Positions 36,886 to 50,353 of a DNA stretch of 53,161 bases are shown here, piece after piece (position 1 is the stretch's first letter; each line of letters starts with the position of its first letter). The DNA is from Octopus bimaculoides (taxonomy: Eukaryota). Under the pieces are notes generated by a model, which saw only the letters and a program-made list of their open reading frames with translations, was not told the origin of the DNA and made no database searches. The stretch is taken from contig NC_068984.1 of assembly GCF_001194135.2 (NCBI RefSeq), positions 72,749,689 through 72,802,849 on the forward strand, given 5' to 3'. The translations under genes and the position numbers were made by a program.

Positions 36886-37796
36886 TACGAGGAGATACCC
36901 AAAATTAACCGGGAACGTTCTTTGTCGGACAAGTCCGTAGTAGTTAAGGCTTCCGCTGCTACAATTCACTTAGAAATTAGGCTGCCAACCAGCCGGCTTC
37001 GTTGATTGGAGTCGTACTGCCAAGTGGGGCCTCTTTGTTTTGCAGTGCTTCTCCCTTGTTTGTTGAAACGACGAGACAGCGTGCTTCCGTGAAATCTTGT
37101 TTTCGGCTGGGGCAAACGGCAGCCGTAACAACTGTCACACTTCAAACAACTTACAAGAGCATTACCATGATACTATGAGCAGAGCACAAGTTTGCAAATG
37201 GTTTTCCCGCTTTAGGAATGATCACTTGTCGCTTGAAGACAAACCTCGTTCAGGACAACCGTCGACTCACCGCCCCAATGTATGAAAACATCGCGAAAAT
37301 CCAGGGACTGACCTTGGAGGACCGTCGCCAGACAATTGACAGGGTAATTCACGATTGATATGACTGTTGTGTCCTGGAGCTCCTGCTAACGAATTTTGTG
37401 TGAGGAATTCGGAATGAGAAGAGTTGCAGCAAAATTTGTTTCGCTTGCTCACGGAAGATCAAAAGCAGTTAGGACTGAATGAGTGTCGTGAACTGAAAGA
37501 CCAGTTGAAAGTTGATCTTGCTCCCTACACATTTCTTGTTACCCTGACTGAAAAAGTTCTTAAAAGAAAACATTTTGTAGACGTAGAAGAAGAGTAGGAA
37601 AAAACGACGGAGGCGTTAAAAGGCACCACTTAAAAGGCACCAATCAATCCAGTTCCAGGATTGATTCAAAAAGTGTAAAAGACGTCTAGACCGATGCGTT
37701 GCTTTAAATGGATAAAAGTTTGAAAGCAATACAAGTGAAACTAAGTGAACAAAATAATATTGCAAAATTCCGGTTCCTTTTGTGTACATCCTCATA
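36886..37796 (+). mobile_element. Mariner element with both TIRs and a central deletion
   Basis: TIRs tacgaggagatacccaaaattaaccgg / ccggttccttttgtgtacatcctcata; translation QRASVKSCF, MSRAQVCKWFSRF..LEDKPRSG, EFGMRRVAAKFV joined to DLAP..RLDRCVALNG. Confidence 0.9.
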
Positions 37797-37854
37797 TATA
37801 AAAATATATTTCTTTAAATATTGTAACTGCATCAAATAATTTCTACAAAAGCTT

Positions 37855-37904
<50 letters not shown>

Positions 37905-39699
37905 NNNNNNNNNNNNNNNNNNNNNNNNNNNNNNNNNNNNNNNNNNNNNNNNNNNNNNNNNNNNNNNNNNNNNNNNNNNNNNNNNNNNNNNNNNNNNNNN
38001 NNNNNNNNNNNNNNNNNNNNNNNNNNNNNNNNNNNNNNNNNNNNNNNNNNNNNNNNNNNNNNNNNNNNNNNNNNNNNNNNNNNNNNNNNNNNNNNNNNNN
38101 NNNNNNNNNNNNNNNNNNNNNNNNNNNNNNNNNNNNNNNNNNNNNNNNNNNNNNNNNNNNNNNNNNNNNNNNNNNNNNNNNNNNNNNNNNNNNNNNNNNN
38201 NNNNNNNNNNNNNNNNNNNNNNNNNNNNNNNNNNNNNNATATATATATATATGCACATATATATATATATATATATAAACATATATATATACATTCACAC
38301 ATACATACACACAAATGCTCACACACAAATATATACGAAACAACTATTTAAGTATCAATTGACACCCAAACATACTGTATCCTCTTTCAGACATACTTCA
38401 TGAGAAGTTTCACTCTTTCATATGCAATAAATAAATATGTTTCATACCTTATATGATAAACAGCCAAAAATAAATGAGTATAATCAAGAAATTTAATGTT
38501 AAAATGCTGTTGGCAATGAAAACTTTCGTATATGTAAACAAAATACTTAAGCATCCTGGTAAACATGAAAATTAACTTACAAAGTAGGTTGGTGGGTGTC
38601 AAACCTATTCTCCGACGGAAATATATTAAATCGAGCGAAAAATTACTTTACTGCGTTAATAAGCATCTAGAAAGTTTAAACAAAATAATAGATAGATGGA
38701 GAGATTAGTTGTTTGAATAATTAAGTCTTTCTCATAGCGTGACAGTATCATCTAATATAGTTTGTACAGTCTTTCACTTGATGAAAAACAATGAAGATTA
38801 AGGTTATCCTCTTATAATTAGACATTATTTCACATAAAATATTCAACTACAAATCAAATCACAGAAATGGCATCGAAAATACCATCCCGTGACTAACAAA
38901 GGCATTTGTTTATAGTGCAAGGTAACTGAAGATAGTATTGTAGTAAAACTTTCAAAATACCCGGAGGAAATGAATTTAAAACATATTCCCTCTTTTACAT
39001 TCAGATTTAAATCCAACACTGAATCCATCATACGGAAGGATACGAAACTGTAGTGAATTTAACAAGCTCGTTGAAGCTACAACTACATAATCAAGTGGAG
39101 GAAAGAGTTAATGATATTTTTATTCCTTGGCCACAATATCATTTTTGACAGAGAGATGTGTTTGATTCAGAAAACTGAAATAATTTCTTGTACGCTCGTA
39201 TTAATAAATTCTCATTGAAAAACTTGCAACAGCAGATCGGCTAACGGCCAAACACCCACTCAACATCATCGGTATAGACACACAGAAACACCATGCAATA
39301 ATTCACATCTGTATAAAACTACACTAAATCTTTCATACCTGACAAATACTAGCCCCCTCATTGTAATATCACCCCAATCTTGAGTTACATGACAATTAGT
39401 CATCTATCAACATTCTGTACAACCGTGTTTCTGTGCAATTTATCACATAAATAGTAATGACATAACCTTGTTGATGCAATGGACGGTGCATCTGAGTGCG
39501 CAATCAGCTTCTCCTGACCCTCGTTTTGTTGAATTTAAGTAGATGCGTAGTGAGAAACTCTAAGTGGTACTAAGAGAAATCTTCATTTTTAAACAAACTC
39601 TACTGTATGTACTGAGTACTTTTCTCCTGTGTAAATTCAAATATCTATGTGCATCTGTGTATGTGGTCTGTATATATATAATACATACATACATACATA

Positions 39700-40090
39700 G
39701 ACGCAGGCGTGGCCGTGTGGTAAGCAGCTTGTTTCCCAACCGCAGGCTTCCGGTTCAGTCCCATTGCGTGGCCCCTTGAGTAAGTGACTTCTACTATAGC
39801 CTAGGGCCGACCAATGCCTTGTGACTGGATTTGGTAGACGGAAACAGAAAGAAGCTCATCGTGTATATATGTGTATATATATCTATGTGTGTGTGTGTGT
39901 TTGTCTTTGTGTCTGTGTTTGTTCGCCCACCACCATTTGACAACGGGTGTTGGTGTGTTTGCAAAAAAAAACAAACTGATAGAATAAGTACCAGGTTTTA
40001 AAAAATAAATCTTGGGGTCGACTAAAAATTCAAGGCGGTGCTCCAGCATGGCAGCAGTCTAATGACTGAAACAAGTAATGATAACAGATA
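39700..40090 (+). mobile_element. SINE family B, full length
   Basis: Head gcaggcgtggccgtgtggtaagcagcttg, internal (TA)(TG), tail ggcggtgctccagcatggcagcagtctaatgactgaaacaag. Confidence 0.9.
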
Positions 40091-40104
40091 ATATATATAT
40101 ATAT

Positions 40105-40963
40105 CTGTAATTAGCAGAACCATATACACGCGCACCTATGGCGGTTGGCAACTTTGTATAGGGTTCTGATGATTATGGTTCCATTACAAATCAGGCTGAA
40201 GAGAAATAAACAGTCGGTAAGATTGTTAAATTTGAAACCGGTACATGTTTAATAATGTTCCTTTTCGGTGATTTTAAATGTCTTGCCCGCTTACGTTTTG
40301 GTATCACGCTATATTTCATGTTGAGAACAATTTAGGTCTTTTTAGACACACGATGTGATCTATTTCTAGCACATTGAATGTCCACGTTAGTGGTCAACGT
40401 CATATATAAAAATGTACTTTAATCCCCTGAGATTGCAGATACTGTTTCTGAATCTCTTTGATTCTTTAAATGTGCTAGCTTCCTGGTAATCAATCGATAT
40501 GAATTAATATATGATTTTTTGCCATATTTTTTGATAATATATTAACCCTTACCGGGTTCTCATACTGGTTATATGCGACGCAGTAAATATTCTCTGCAGA
40601 CATATTCCTGGAATTAGCGCGCCAAAACGAAGACTTTTGAATTTTACCATTAAGCTGTAATTAGCAGAACCATATACACGCGCACCTATGGCGGTGGGCA
40701 ACTTTGTATGGGGTTCTGATGATTATGGTTCCATTACAAATCAGGCTGAAGAGAAATAGACAGTCGGTAAGATTGTTAAATTTGAAACCGGTACCTGTTT
40801 AATAATGTTCCTTTTCGGTGATTTTAAATGTCTTTCCCGCTTACGTTTTAGTATCACGCTATATTTCATGTTGAGAACAATTTAGGTCTTGTTAGACACA
40901 AGATGTGATCTATTTCTAGCGCATTGAATGTCCACGTTAGTGGTCAACGTCATATATAAAAAT
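40105..40963 (+). repeat. Recent direct duplication: 309-bp segments 550 bp apart
   Basis: 40105-40413 versus 40655-40963 show about 9 substitutions by eye (about 97% identity). Confidence 0.95.
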
Positions 40964-40973
40964 AAATATATAT

Positions 40974-41038
<65 letters not shown>

Positions 41039-41050
41039 CATAATAATATA

Positions 41051-41273
41051 TACTCTTTTACTCTACTTGTTTTTCAGTCATCTGACTGTGGTCATGCTGG
41101 AGCACCTTTAGTCTCGAGCAAATCGACCCTAGGACTTATCCTTTGTAAGCCTAGTACTTATTGTATCGGTGACTTTTGCCGAACCGTTAAGTTACTGGGA
41201 CGTAAAAACACCAGCATCGGTTGTCAGGCGATGTTGGGGGGGGACAAACACAGACACACAAACATACACAAAC
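41051..41273 (-). mobile_element. SINE family B 3' half
   Basis: Tail tactcttttactc...cagtcatctgactgtggtcatgctggagcacc...cctagtactta...ggacaaacacagacacac. Confidence 0.85.
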
Positions 41274-41289
41274 AAATGCGGAATTATCT

Positions 41290-41945
41290 TGACCTCCCAT
41301 AGCTTGCACTTGGGTGTCCAGTTCAAGTAATGCTTCATTGTAAATGGCGTTTTTGAATGTAGTAATTTCTGCCGAGGTTTACATTTGAATCCTTTCTAGA
41401 TGTCCTCTGCCATGCTGGTTTTTTGGATCGCCCAAAGCTTGTGAGGTTCACGCAAACTACATGTCATCAACATGATAGTATATAGCTGGCGAAGTTGACT
41501 TAGTGCTCTGCTGACTGGTGCCTCCTCCAGTGTCTGGTCCTAGTGAGCATCGTCCTCGAGTAGTCCATATTTGGCGCAGGCTTCTTTATAGGTCGTGCAG
41601 ACCTCCCATTGTGTCTTCGAAAGTCTTTGAATGATGTAAGACGTCTGACAGTGTGTAGCAGTAGGTGCCGAAAGAAGCACTCCTGCTGATTAGGATGCAC
41701 AGTGTACAATTGCCCGATGGCCCCACTTCTGAAGACAGCATCTTCTTCCCAGCCCTCAATGCGTGTTCCTTGCTTGCGTCTGTTCCATCTATTGTGTGCC
41801 CAATTATAGTACACAGGGACCTCTACATACAACAGTGTTCGGGCAAACAGATCTCATTGGTATAATTTGAAGAAAGCTGTCAAAGTGGTTTCTCATGGAT
41901 TCAGAACTACGTTTTGAGCATTGTCTCACGCTGGCCATTTTCAAG
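41290..41945 (-). mobile_element. Helitron RepHel fragment (Rep-to-helicase linker), pseudogenised
   Basis: HLENGQR, TTLTAFFKL..ARTLLYVEVPVYYNW..W.RRKQG..IGQLYTVHPNQQECFF..LLLH.VR..TSFKD, TYKEAC.KYGLLEDD. Confidence 0.9.
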
Positions 41946-42284
41946 ATGAACAGAAAGATTTTAAGAAGGTGTTCCTACATGTAAACAAGGTTTGACCTTT
42001 GTGTTAACAGTGTATTTGTTTAAAATCAGAACAGTTCTTCAAGCAGCACTTGTCAAGTGACTGAAGTCACTTGAAAGGCATCGTCATTCTTGGTATATTT
42101 GTGAATAAGTCACTAATCGAAATAAGTGGACCTTTTCTTTAGGAAGTACTATTTACTTGTTTAAGGTTTTTTCTGGATAAATCACGAAAATAACTCTAAC
42201 AGCTCAAATACTAAGAAATAAGCATACTCAATTTGATTTATACCAAATATTATAGGAAAATGAATGGGATTTTGGCTTTTAAAA

Positions 42285-42311
42285 TAAAATATATTAGTTA
42301 TATATAAAGAT
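42285..42311 (-). other. Helitron-type 5' terminus A|TCTTTATATATAA
   Basis: Plus strand ttatatataaagat ends at 42311, upstream of and on the same strand as the RepHel fragment. Confidence 0.55.
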
Positions 42312-42659
42312 CCCTTCCAGAGACCCAATTATCGAATTTTTCAACAATCTGAGTATACCATGAAGTTTCCAGACACGAGTTGTACTCACGTATCAAGTTT
42401 CATCAAAATCGATGTCGGAGGAGTTAGATAACAACTCCGCAATACAAATGGAATTGAACAAATGTCAATAGGACACATTTAAAACAGGTTTGAAAAAGTT
42501 ATCATCCAGGCAGCACTACTGCCTTGATCTTCCGACTCTTACTCCTACTCCTACCCCTCGTGTAATAGTATAATAGTTGTTAGCATTACATCTAGGTTCT
42601 GAACAGGTCGTGTTGTCAATCGAGCCCGTCGTTATAATAAGGTTCATCACCTCCGTCAG

Positions 42660-42782
42660 TTGCCTTGGTTTTCTTTGTCCTCGAAGCCATCTTTGTACTC
42701 GGCCTCGTCGTCGTCGTCATTATCATTAACGATATCACCATCATCGTCATGGTCGTTGTCGCTGATATGATCATCGTCGTCG

Positions 42783-42827
<45 letters not shown>

Positions 42828-42829
42828 CC

Positions 42830-42861
<32 letters not shown>

Positions 42862-42902
42862 CGACGTCATCATCACCATCACCATCGTCATCATCATCGT
42901 CG

Positions 42903-42984
<82 letters not shown>

Positions 42985-43340
42985 TATCATCATCATCATC
43001 GTTATCATCTTGTGTACTGGAAGAAACAGCTGCTGCATTGTAATTAGTGATATCACCGCCACTTTCCTCATTAATGATTATCACTATTTATCATTTATCA
43101 TCGTTCCCTAAGCAATCATCAATATCTTCATTAACAGTTCGCTTTCTCTTCTTTCTCTTCATCCTCACTACCCACATTCTTGCCGTCGTCATCATGGTTA
43201 CGGTAACGATGATGATGACGACACCGATGTCGACGACAACGATCATATTGATGATGGTAATGATGATAATGATGATGATCATTAGCAGTTTGAGCAGAGT
43301 CAACTCCGACCAATTATCATCATCATCGGTACCACCACCG
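42660..43340. repeat. (CAT)n/(ATC)/(GAT) trinucleotide low-complexity region
   Basis: Direct observation. Confidence 0.9.
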
Positions 43341-43661
43341 TCGCCACCATTACAACTATCGCCACAAAAATGAGAACTAGCAACGGCGCCATTAATAACC
43401 CAAGTAACCTCTCCAGTCCAATTCCACCACCATACTAGCGCTGCAGAAGCATTAGCACAATCGTTAAAGCCATTACTACAACATCACCGTCACTACAATA
43501 CTATCACTGCCACTACAATCACTACCAGGACTATAATTAGACTAACAGAAACATCGCAAATATAATAGAACCACTAGCTCCACCACAAAAGTATTAATAT
43601 TACAATACCTCTACCAGTTTCACCACTCTCAGAAGCCTGCCACCATCACCATCCTTTACAT

Positions 43662-44033
43662 CAGGGGTGGGGAATCTTTTTAGTGCGGCGGGCAAAAAAT
43701 TCCAAAGATAAAGGTCTGCGGGCAGATCAGAAATTCTAACTCTTTTATTTGTGTAAATCTTGTATATATCTATGTATAATTCGATATACATTAATAAAGA
43801 TAAGTTTAACGCATTAAATTAACGCGTAACATCTTTATTAACGCCGATACTGAATTTAGGACGTTTATATTACTTATGAGATATTCTTTATTTTGAGGTA
43901 TTCTTTATGTCGCAAATAGTAATACGAATATTGTGTCAATTTTATAATTGAAAAGTTTACTACATTCTGTACATACACGTATAACAGCCTGCGGGCGCAA
44001 TAAAATGGGCCCGCAGGGTTTTTCCCACCCTTG
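43662..44033. mobile_element. hAT (Charlie-like) MITE with a perfect 8-bp TSD
   Basis: TIRs caggggtggggaa / ttcccacccttg; TSD ctttacat at 43654-43661 and 44034-44041. Confidence 0.9.
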
Positions 44034-44639
44034 CTTTACATTCTTCTCAATTACTGTTATAAAAAGTACAGAAGATTATCTGATATATTCCTCGTTTATT
44101 TTAGAACATCTCGTCTCTTCTGAGACGAAGAAAATCTAGAAAATCGCTAGTTTACAGTGTTGAAATCCAGGTTTTCGTCAGTTTTTCCTGACTAATGATT
44201 CATAAAATACCAAATAAATAGACGAAAAAAAAAAAAAAGACAACCCCACCACTCGAAAAGAGAACATCACGTAGTCGTTCGACCTACTTGATTAGAAGTT
44301 GGTCGAATCAAATATCTTAAAGCAGCATAGGTTACGGTCTTAAAAACAGGATTTAAAAATATTTTTAGTAAGGAGAGAATGTAGGGTTCATAATCCATTA
44401 CATGGCCTTAAAAAACTGCTGGAAGTGAGAGAAGAAAGTAGTCTAAAACTAGAAATCTGACGCGAATGTTTGCAGCAGACATAACTCCATTACAGTCATC
44501 CAAGATTGGTCATGATGTCTTACGTCGGTGTTAAACCAGTCGAAGGGTAAATTCCAACAAATAAGTAAACCGCGGCTTAGAAACCGAAGTACTGGAACAA
44601 ATACCGCAAGACACTCAGTTCGGCATTTTTTGTATTCCA

Positions 44640-44800
44640 CTAATCCCCAGTCTTGGCTTGGTGCTTTATTATGGTGCACGAAATGATGAAAGGCAAAGCA
44701 GAACTCTGCGGGATTCGAAGTTACATTTCAGTGAGACAGAAAAAAATCTGTAAAGCATTGTGTCTGACGCTCTGACGGCTCTGTCAATTCGCAACCTTAA
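44640..44800 (-). mobile_element. SINE family A, degenerate
   Basis: gaaatgatgaaaggcaaagcagaactctgcgggattcgaa...aagcattgtgtctgacgctctgacggctctgtc. Confidence 0.6.
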
Positions 44801-45099
44801 AATTATTAACGTTCCTGGATGAATGCATTGAATATTCCAATAAGCTATCGTCAGATGAAAGATTAGGTGGTTATAATTGCAATATGCTTGACCTTAGACG
44901 TGCTCGATCTGGAGTAATGTTTTATGCCAGTTCGCTAATGACAATAGTAAGAACAACCGCAAGAATCACAAAACAGCGGCAACAGACAATCCAGTAACGC
45001 GACAGCCCTTGACCCACAAGCCTCTTGTCTGAACCGTCTAACTATTCTGTCATTACTATAATAATTTCTGTACCTTATTTTCTAAGACATATTCATCTC

Positions 45100-45520
45100 T
45101 TAATCTCTCGTTATCCCTGTTACGTCCAAGACTTTCAAGCTCCACATAAACTAATGTTCCTATTCCATATCGCTTGCGAGATTTTACTACCTATTCTTAC
45201 ACTTCTTTTTGGTAGAGAATGCTCAAGTCGCTTTTACTACCACGCATGCAGAAACTGAGTTGCTTTCGTGCTTAGCATCAAGTCTGATTGGCTTTCTGTT
45301 TTCTTTCGCTGCTTCGCAATAAAATTCCAGATAAGCTTTTGATTTCTGAAAGACCTTTTAAACTTGAAATTCCATATAAACCCTACTCGATTATCCTTAA
45401 TGTTGTGAAAAGGCAACATTGAGTTTATCAATACTTCAGGCCATAATCCTTGAGAACCTGTGGAACGATCTGCCAGATGGCATGCGACACACCAACTCTA
45501 CCTGTTTCTCGCCTTCTTCT
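45100..45520 (+). pseudogene. Possible decayed L2/CR1-type LINE 3' fragment
   Basis: LWNDLP at 45458-45475, preceded by weak similarity to LINE RT C-terminal motifs; many stops. Confidence 0.3.
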
Positions 45521-46984
45521 TGGTCTCAAAACCCAGACATAGATTTTCAGATGACCTGCTCTGTTTTTTATAAACCACATTTCTTACCATAGGACACCTT
45601 GGGCTTATCAAACTCAACTAGGAAAGACTTATAAAAGTCCACACGAGAGAGTATCTTCTCCCTTTGCTTATAGCAAGGAGCTATTATCTTTTCAGATATA
45701 TCTTATGGTGTACATGTTTCTTTGAGCTCTTCTATTTTGAGTCATTCCATTTGTAACAAAACGTTAGAAAAGATGAAATACTGTTTCGCAGTTTTGTTGT
45801 TTGCCCAGTTTATTCTTTTTCATCTAAATTTGTGCTTCAAACTTTATTTTTTGTCTGCCATCTTTCAGCTGAAAATAATTTGGAGCGTGTTTGTGTTGCT
45901 GCTAATGCCAATGTTTTGCGCATCACTTGATGTCATTTCTGCCGGTCATTTTGTAGTGCGTATGAATATTGCGAATGCCGATTTGTCAAATTTAATAAAC
46001 GGTTATTCTTGATTAATATTGCTCAATTACAAACTTTCCCTTCACCTCAAACTATTGGCATAGACATTGATATACACTGTAGACAATAGACTTATTTCAC
46101 TCAAGCTACAAAGAAGGCGCTAAGTTCACATGATGGAACACGTACGATATTGTATTTTCAATCTGTTAATTTGACATATTTATAACATCATTACCGTACC
46201 AGTTGGTTGAATGCCAACAAAACATTACATATTGACAGCATAATTAGAAGAGAATATACTGTATAGGTTAGTCACATAAATGCTTCTTGCAATTTCTTTC
46301 CAAAGTGAGATTTTCAAGTTCATTTCAAGATGTACGAAAAGGCAATGGCAAAATTAGCACAACCTGTAAGAAGACATTCTTTGTATATTCATTGCTGGAG
46401 AATGAAGCGCAGTGGGATACAACATAGTAACAAGCTTCTCACTTTAAAACATTTAAGAAACTTAGAGAAATTTTCACTATGGTGCGAACCATCTTCAGGT
46501 TTGATACAAACATCGTGTTGATCTTGTCGATGAATTCAAGCAATAAGTTCAGCAGTTGTACACCGGCGTAGAAATAGGGTGCACAGATATAGGAGTGCAA
46601 CCCAAATACACAAGGTGACGAATATAAATAGTCAAGAAATTAAAATAAATATGGCAACATGGAAACTAACTACACTAGAATAAAAGTAATAAATTAAGTA
46701 ACTATTTTGATATCTACGTGAACTTGTTCTAGAGTACTTTGGTTGATTTAGACACGTGTCACTTATACAATTAAGTTATGACATATGCAGTTAATAATGA
46801 GTGTGTACCTGTAACACAGTGCATCAGACTGAGAATTTCTATTAAGAACAAGATAATGATATCTCGTCATACATGAAAGATAACTTTTCAACAGCAATTC
46901 AATAGTCATCTATTAAACTGCTTATACTTTCATTAATAATGATTGATATCAACAATTCAGGTGGTCATCATCAGTATTCTAAAT

Positions 46985-47015
46985 ACATACATACATACAT
47001 ACATACATACATACA

Positions 47016-47046
<31 letters not shown>
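46985..47046. repeat. (ACAT)n microsatellite
   Basis: Direct observation. Confidence 0.95.
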
Positions 47047-47047
<1 letters not shown>

Positions 47048-47119
47048 CACCATCACAAGCATACACATACATGCACTGACACACGCACACATTTAAAGAT
47101 ATCACTTAACTATCTAAGT

Positions 47120-47185
47120 GCAATTTCAATTCCCACCGAGGTCAGCTTCGCTTCTCATCTATCGAGGACGAAAATAAAACAATAA
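47120..47185 (+). mobile_element. SINE family A core fragment
   Basis: ttcaattcccaccgaggtcagcttcgcttctcatctatcgaggacgaaaataa. Confidence 0.5.
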
Positions 47186-47572
47186 TCCCAGGCGGTTGAT
47201 CAATGGAACTAGGCGAGTATCGGGCTGGATGCTTTGAGATATTTTTACTAGCATTTTGCATCCCGTAGATAAATCCTGCTGTTGTGATAGACGTGAATTA
47301 TTGCTTCTTTCAACGACAGCACCTGCCATCTTGGATGTCTTTAGATGAGTTCTTAACTTTGCAAGCATTAAAGTTTAGTTCTCCGATTAAGAATAACTTA
47401 CATCCTACCAGCCATTAGTCTCATAGTGGCATCGGTATTGCCTCACTCCTGACTCAAAGATAACACACAAACACATATATATATATACGCATATGTATAT
47501 CTTATTTATTTAGTAATGCGTATACAAATCTCAGTTTATGAGTAAAGAAATATACAAACATAAACATAAAAG

Positions 47573-47900
47573 CAGGCGTGCCTGGGTGGTAAGAAATACG
47601 CTTTCCAGTCACATGGTTCTGGGTTCAGTCACTGCATGGCACCTTGGGAAGGTTTAGTCTATAATAGCGTCGGGCCGACCAAAGACTTGGGTGTGGATTT
47701 GCTAGCCAGATACTGAAAGAATCTCCTCGTATGTATATGTATATGTATATGTGTGTGTGTCTATGTGTATGTGTGTGCGTGTGTGTGTGTGCGTGTGTGT
47801 GTGTGCGTGTGTGTGTGTGCGTGTGTGTGTGTGTATGTGTGTCCCGCCACCGCTTCACAACCGGCGTTGGAGTGTTTACGTTCTTGTAACGCAACGGTTA
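47573..47900 (+). mobile_element. SINE family B, 3' end lost in a gap
   Basis: gcaggcgtgcctgggtggtaag...gggttcagtc...cgggccgaccaaag, internal (TG)n, gtttacgttc. Confidence 0.85.
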
Positions 47901-48161
47901 TANNNNNNNNNNNNNNNNNNNNNNNNNNNNNNNNNNNNNNNNNNNNNNNNNNNNNNNNNNNNNNNNNNNNNNNNNNNNNNNNNNNNNNNNNNNNNNNNNN
48001 NNNNNNNNNNNNNNNNNNNNNNNNNNNNNNNNNNNNNNNNNNNNNNNNNNNNNNNNNNNNNNNNNNNNNNNNNNNNNNNNNNNNNNNNNNNNNNNNNNNN
48101 NNNNNNNNNNNNNNNNNNNNNNNNNNNNNNNNNNNNNNATATATATATACATATATATATA

Positions 48162-49416
48162 TTCGGTCATCTCATAAATAATGGGTGTTTTTCAATTGCA
48201 TGAACTAAAAGTCGGAGGGGGACGGGATTAACTGCTTGCATCAACTTGCTATAAAAGCAGATTGTAATTTTACCTTGTCCTTATTCTTAGTGCAAGTTTT
48301 GCAGAGTGTAGTTCGATTTTAACAGTTATTTTTTCAAGGCTATAATCGAAGTGACAAAAGAGAATATTTGGCATATTTTGCTTTATGACTTCAATAAAGG
48401 CAACAACGCAATGAGAAAGGCGAGGAATAACAATGCAGTATATGGGGATACGACAATAAGCGTAAGCCAGTGTCAACGATGGTTCCAGAAATTCCAAACC
48501 GGAAACTAAAGCCTAAAAGACGAGCCTCGAACTGGAAGATTTGTAGAGATCGACGAGGACGTCCTGCAAACCATGGTGGAACAGAATCCCACCGTAACTG
48601 TTGAGGAACTAGCAGAGGAACTTGAATTTTGTCATTCAGCCATTTATCGAGACCTGCGTGCCATCGGAAAATTCAGCAAATTGGGTCAATGGGTTCCTCA
48701 CAAACATTCCGAGTCTGATCGCGTGCAGAAAGTGAATGTGCGCCTTTCTTTGCTGTCACGTCTAACGAATGAACCTTTTTTGAACCGAATAGTGAAAATG
48801 TCAAGCGCCGAAGACAGTGAATAGGGAAAGGAGAAATACCTGCACCCCAGACTAAAGAAGGTCTTCACCCACGTAAGGTGCTGTTAACTGTTTGGTGGTA
48901 TATGAAAGGGTTAGCTAGCTTTGAAATTTAAAACCTAAACCAAGCGATCATAAAGAACTAATGAGTGCAGCTTGTGTAGCTTATGTCAGCGCCAGAAGAA
49001 AAACGACCATCTTTGGTTTCAAGACGAAAGGTGCTCTCCCATCAGGATAATGCTCAGCCACATACAGGAAGGATGACATTCCAAAGGCTGGAGCAGTTTG
49101 AATGGGAAACGATGCTCCACCCACCATATTCGCCGGGCATTGCCCCATCTGATTATCATTTATTCCTCAGTTTTAAAATCATTTGGACGGAAAAAATATG
49201 AATTCTGTAGACGAGAACAGAATAGCACTGGCGGAGTATTTTTCGTCATGGACAAGTGAAGTTTGGAAGAGGAGCTTTGCAAGTCTACCTGATAGATGGA
49301 AGAACATTGTAGAAAATGAAAGGGAGTATATTTTAGATTAAAAAAGAACTTTGTTTATCTTAATTTTGAAAAATAAGATAAGTATAAAAAAACGCATTAT
49401 TTATGGGTTGATCTAA
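48162..49416 (+). mobile_element. Near full-length mariner (D,D34D type), non-functional
   Basis: TA-flanked TIRs ttcggtcatctcataaataatg / cattatttatgggttgatctaa; motifs WVPH, HQDNAQPH and HPPYSPGIAPSDYHLF; the first catalytic Asp region (TGDE) is deleted, with stops and frameshifts. Confidence 0.95.
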
Positions 49417-49560
49417 TATATATACACACATGCACACACAAATATATATATACACACGCACACATACAGACACACACGCACACATACAAACATATACGCA
49501 CACATACACTCACACACGCACGCACTCACGCACGCACGTATATGTATACATATATTTAAT
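49413..49560. repeat. (CA)/(TA)-rich microsatellite
   Basis: Direct observation. Confidence 0.85.
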
Positions 49561-49933
49561 ATTCTAAAATAACTTCCATTGATATTATTCGAACTAAATT
49601 CAGACTGTATAACACTGTTATCGATGGAATGTTTAAAAAAGAATTTTCCTTTGTTGCTTTGCTTGTAAGCCTGCGTCTGTTTGTCTTGTTTTATATATAT
49701 ATGTGTATATTTCTGGGTGTGTATGTATCTACATTCAGCTGCCTCGTGCCAACAGAAACATGCAGTGTCTATAAACATACCCACTGAAATATAGAAACAA
49801 CTTCAATAAAGCTATTGAAAATTTACATTATACTCTTGCTTTCACAAAGTCATGCTTCACACAAGTGGTTAGACATACATTTTTGCTCTTCTACCCACCC
49901 TCTCTCTGTTACACACGCACGCACACACACACA

Positions 49934-49973
<40 letters not shown>

Positions 49974-50311
49974 NNNNNNNNNNNNNNNNNNNNNNNNNNN
50001 NNNNNNNNNNNNNNNNNNNNNNNNNNNNNNNNNNNNNNNNNNNNNNNNNNNNNNNNNNNNNNNNNNNNNNNNNNNNNNNNNNNNNNNNNNNNNNNNNNNN
50101 NNNNNNNNNNNNNNNNNNNNNNNNNNNNNNNNNNNNNNNNNNNNNNNNNNNNNNNNNNNNNNNNNNNNNNNNNNNNNNNNNNNNNNNNNNNNNNNNNNNN
50201 NNNNNNNNNNNNNNNNNNNNNNNNNNNNNNNNNNNNNNNNNNNNNNNNNNNNNNNNNNNNNNNNNNNNNNNNNNNNNNNNNNNNNNNNNNNNNNNNNNNN
50301 NNNNNNNNNNN

Positions 50312-50350
<39 letters not shown>

Positions 50351-50353
<3 letters not shown>

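Noticed and set aside
40166-40205. Hammerhead-like CTGATGA motif in the 550-bp duplication
   Set aside because: It has CAAA instead of GAAA and no U at position 16.1, in both copies.
40105-40963. LTR pair of a TRIM or retrozyme
   Set aside because: No terminal TG..CA inverted ends, PBS, PPT or TSD were found.
42656-43084. 142-aa Asp-rich ORF (minus strand)
   Set aside because: It is built on a (GAT)n run that is open in several frames; no splice or homology support, although an acidic exon cannot be fully excluded without RNA-seq.
46420-46640. Protein-like open frame on the minus strand (APYFYAGVQLLNLLLEFIDK..)
   Set aside because: No plausible splice acceptor or start, and no family I can recognise.
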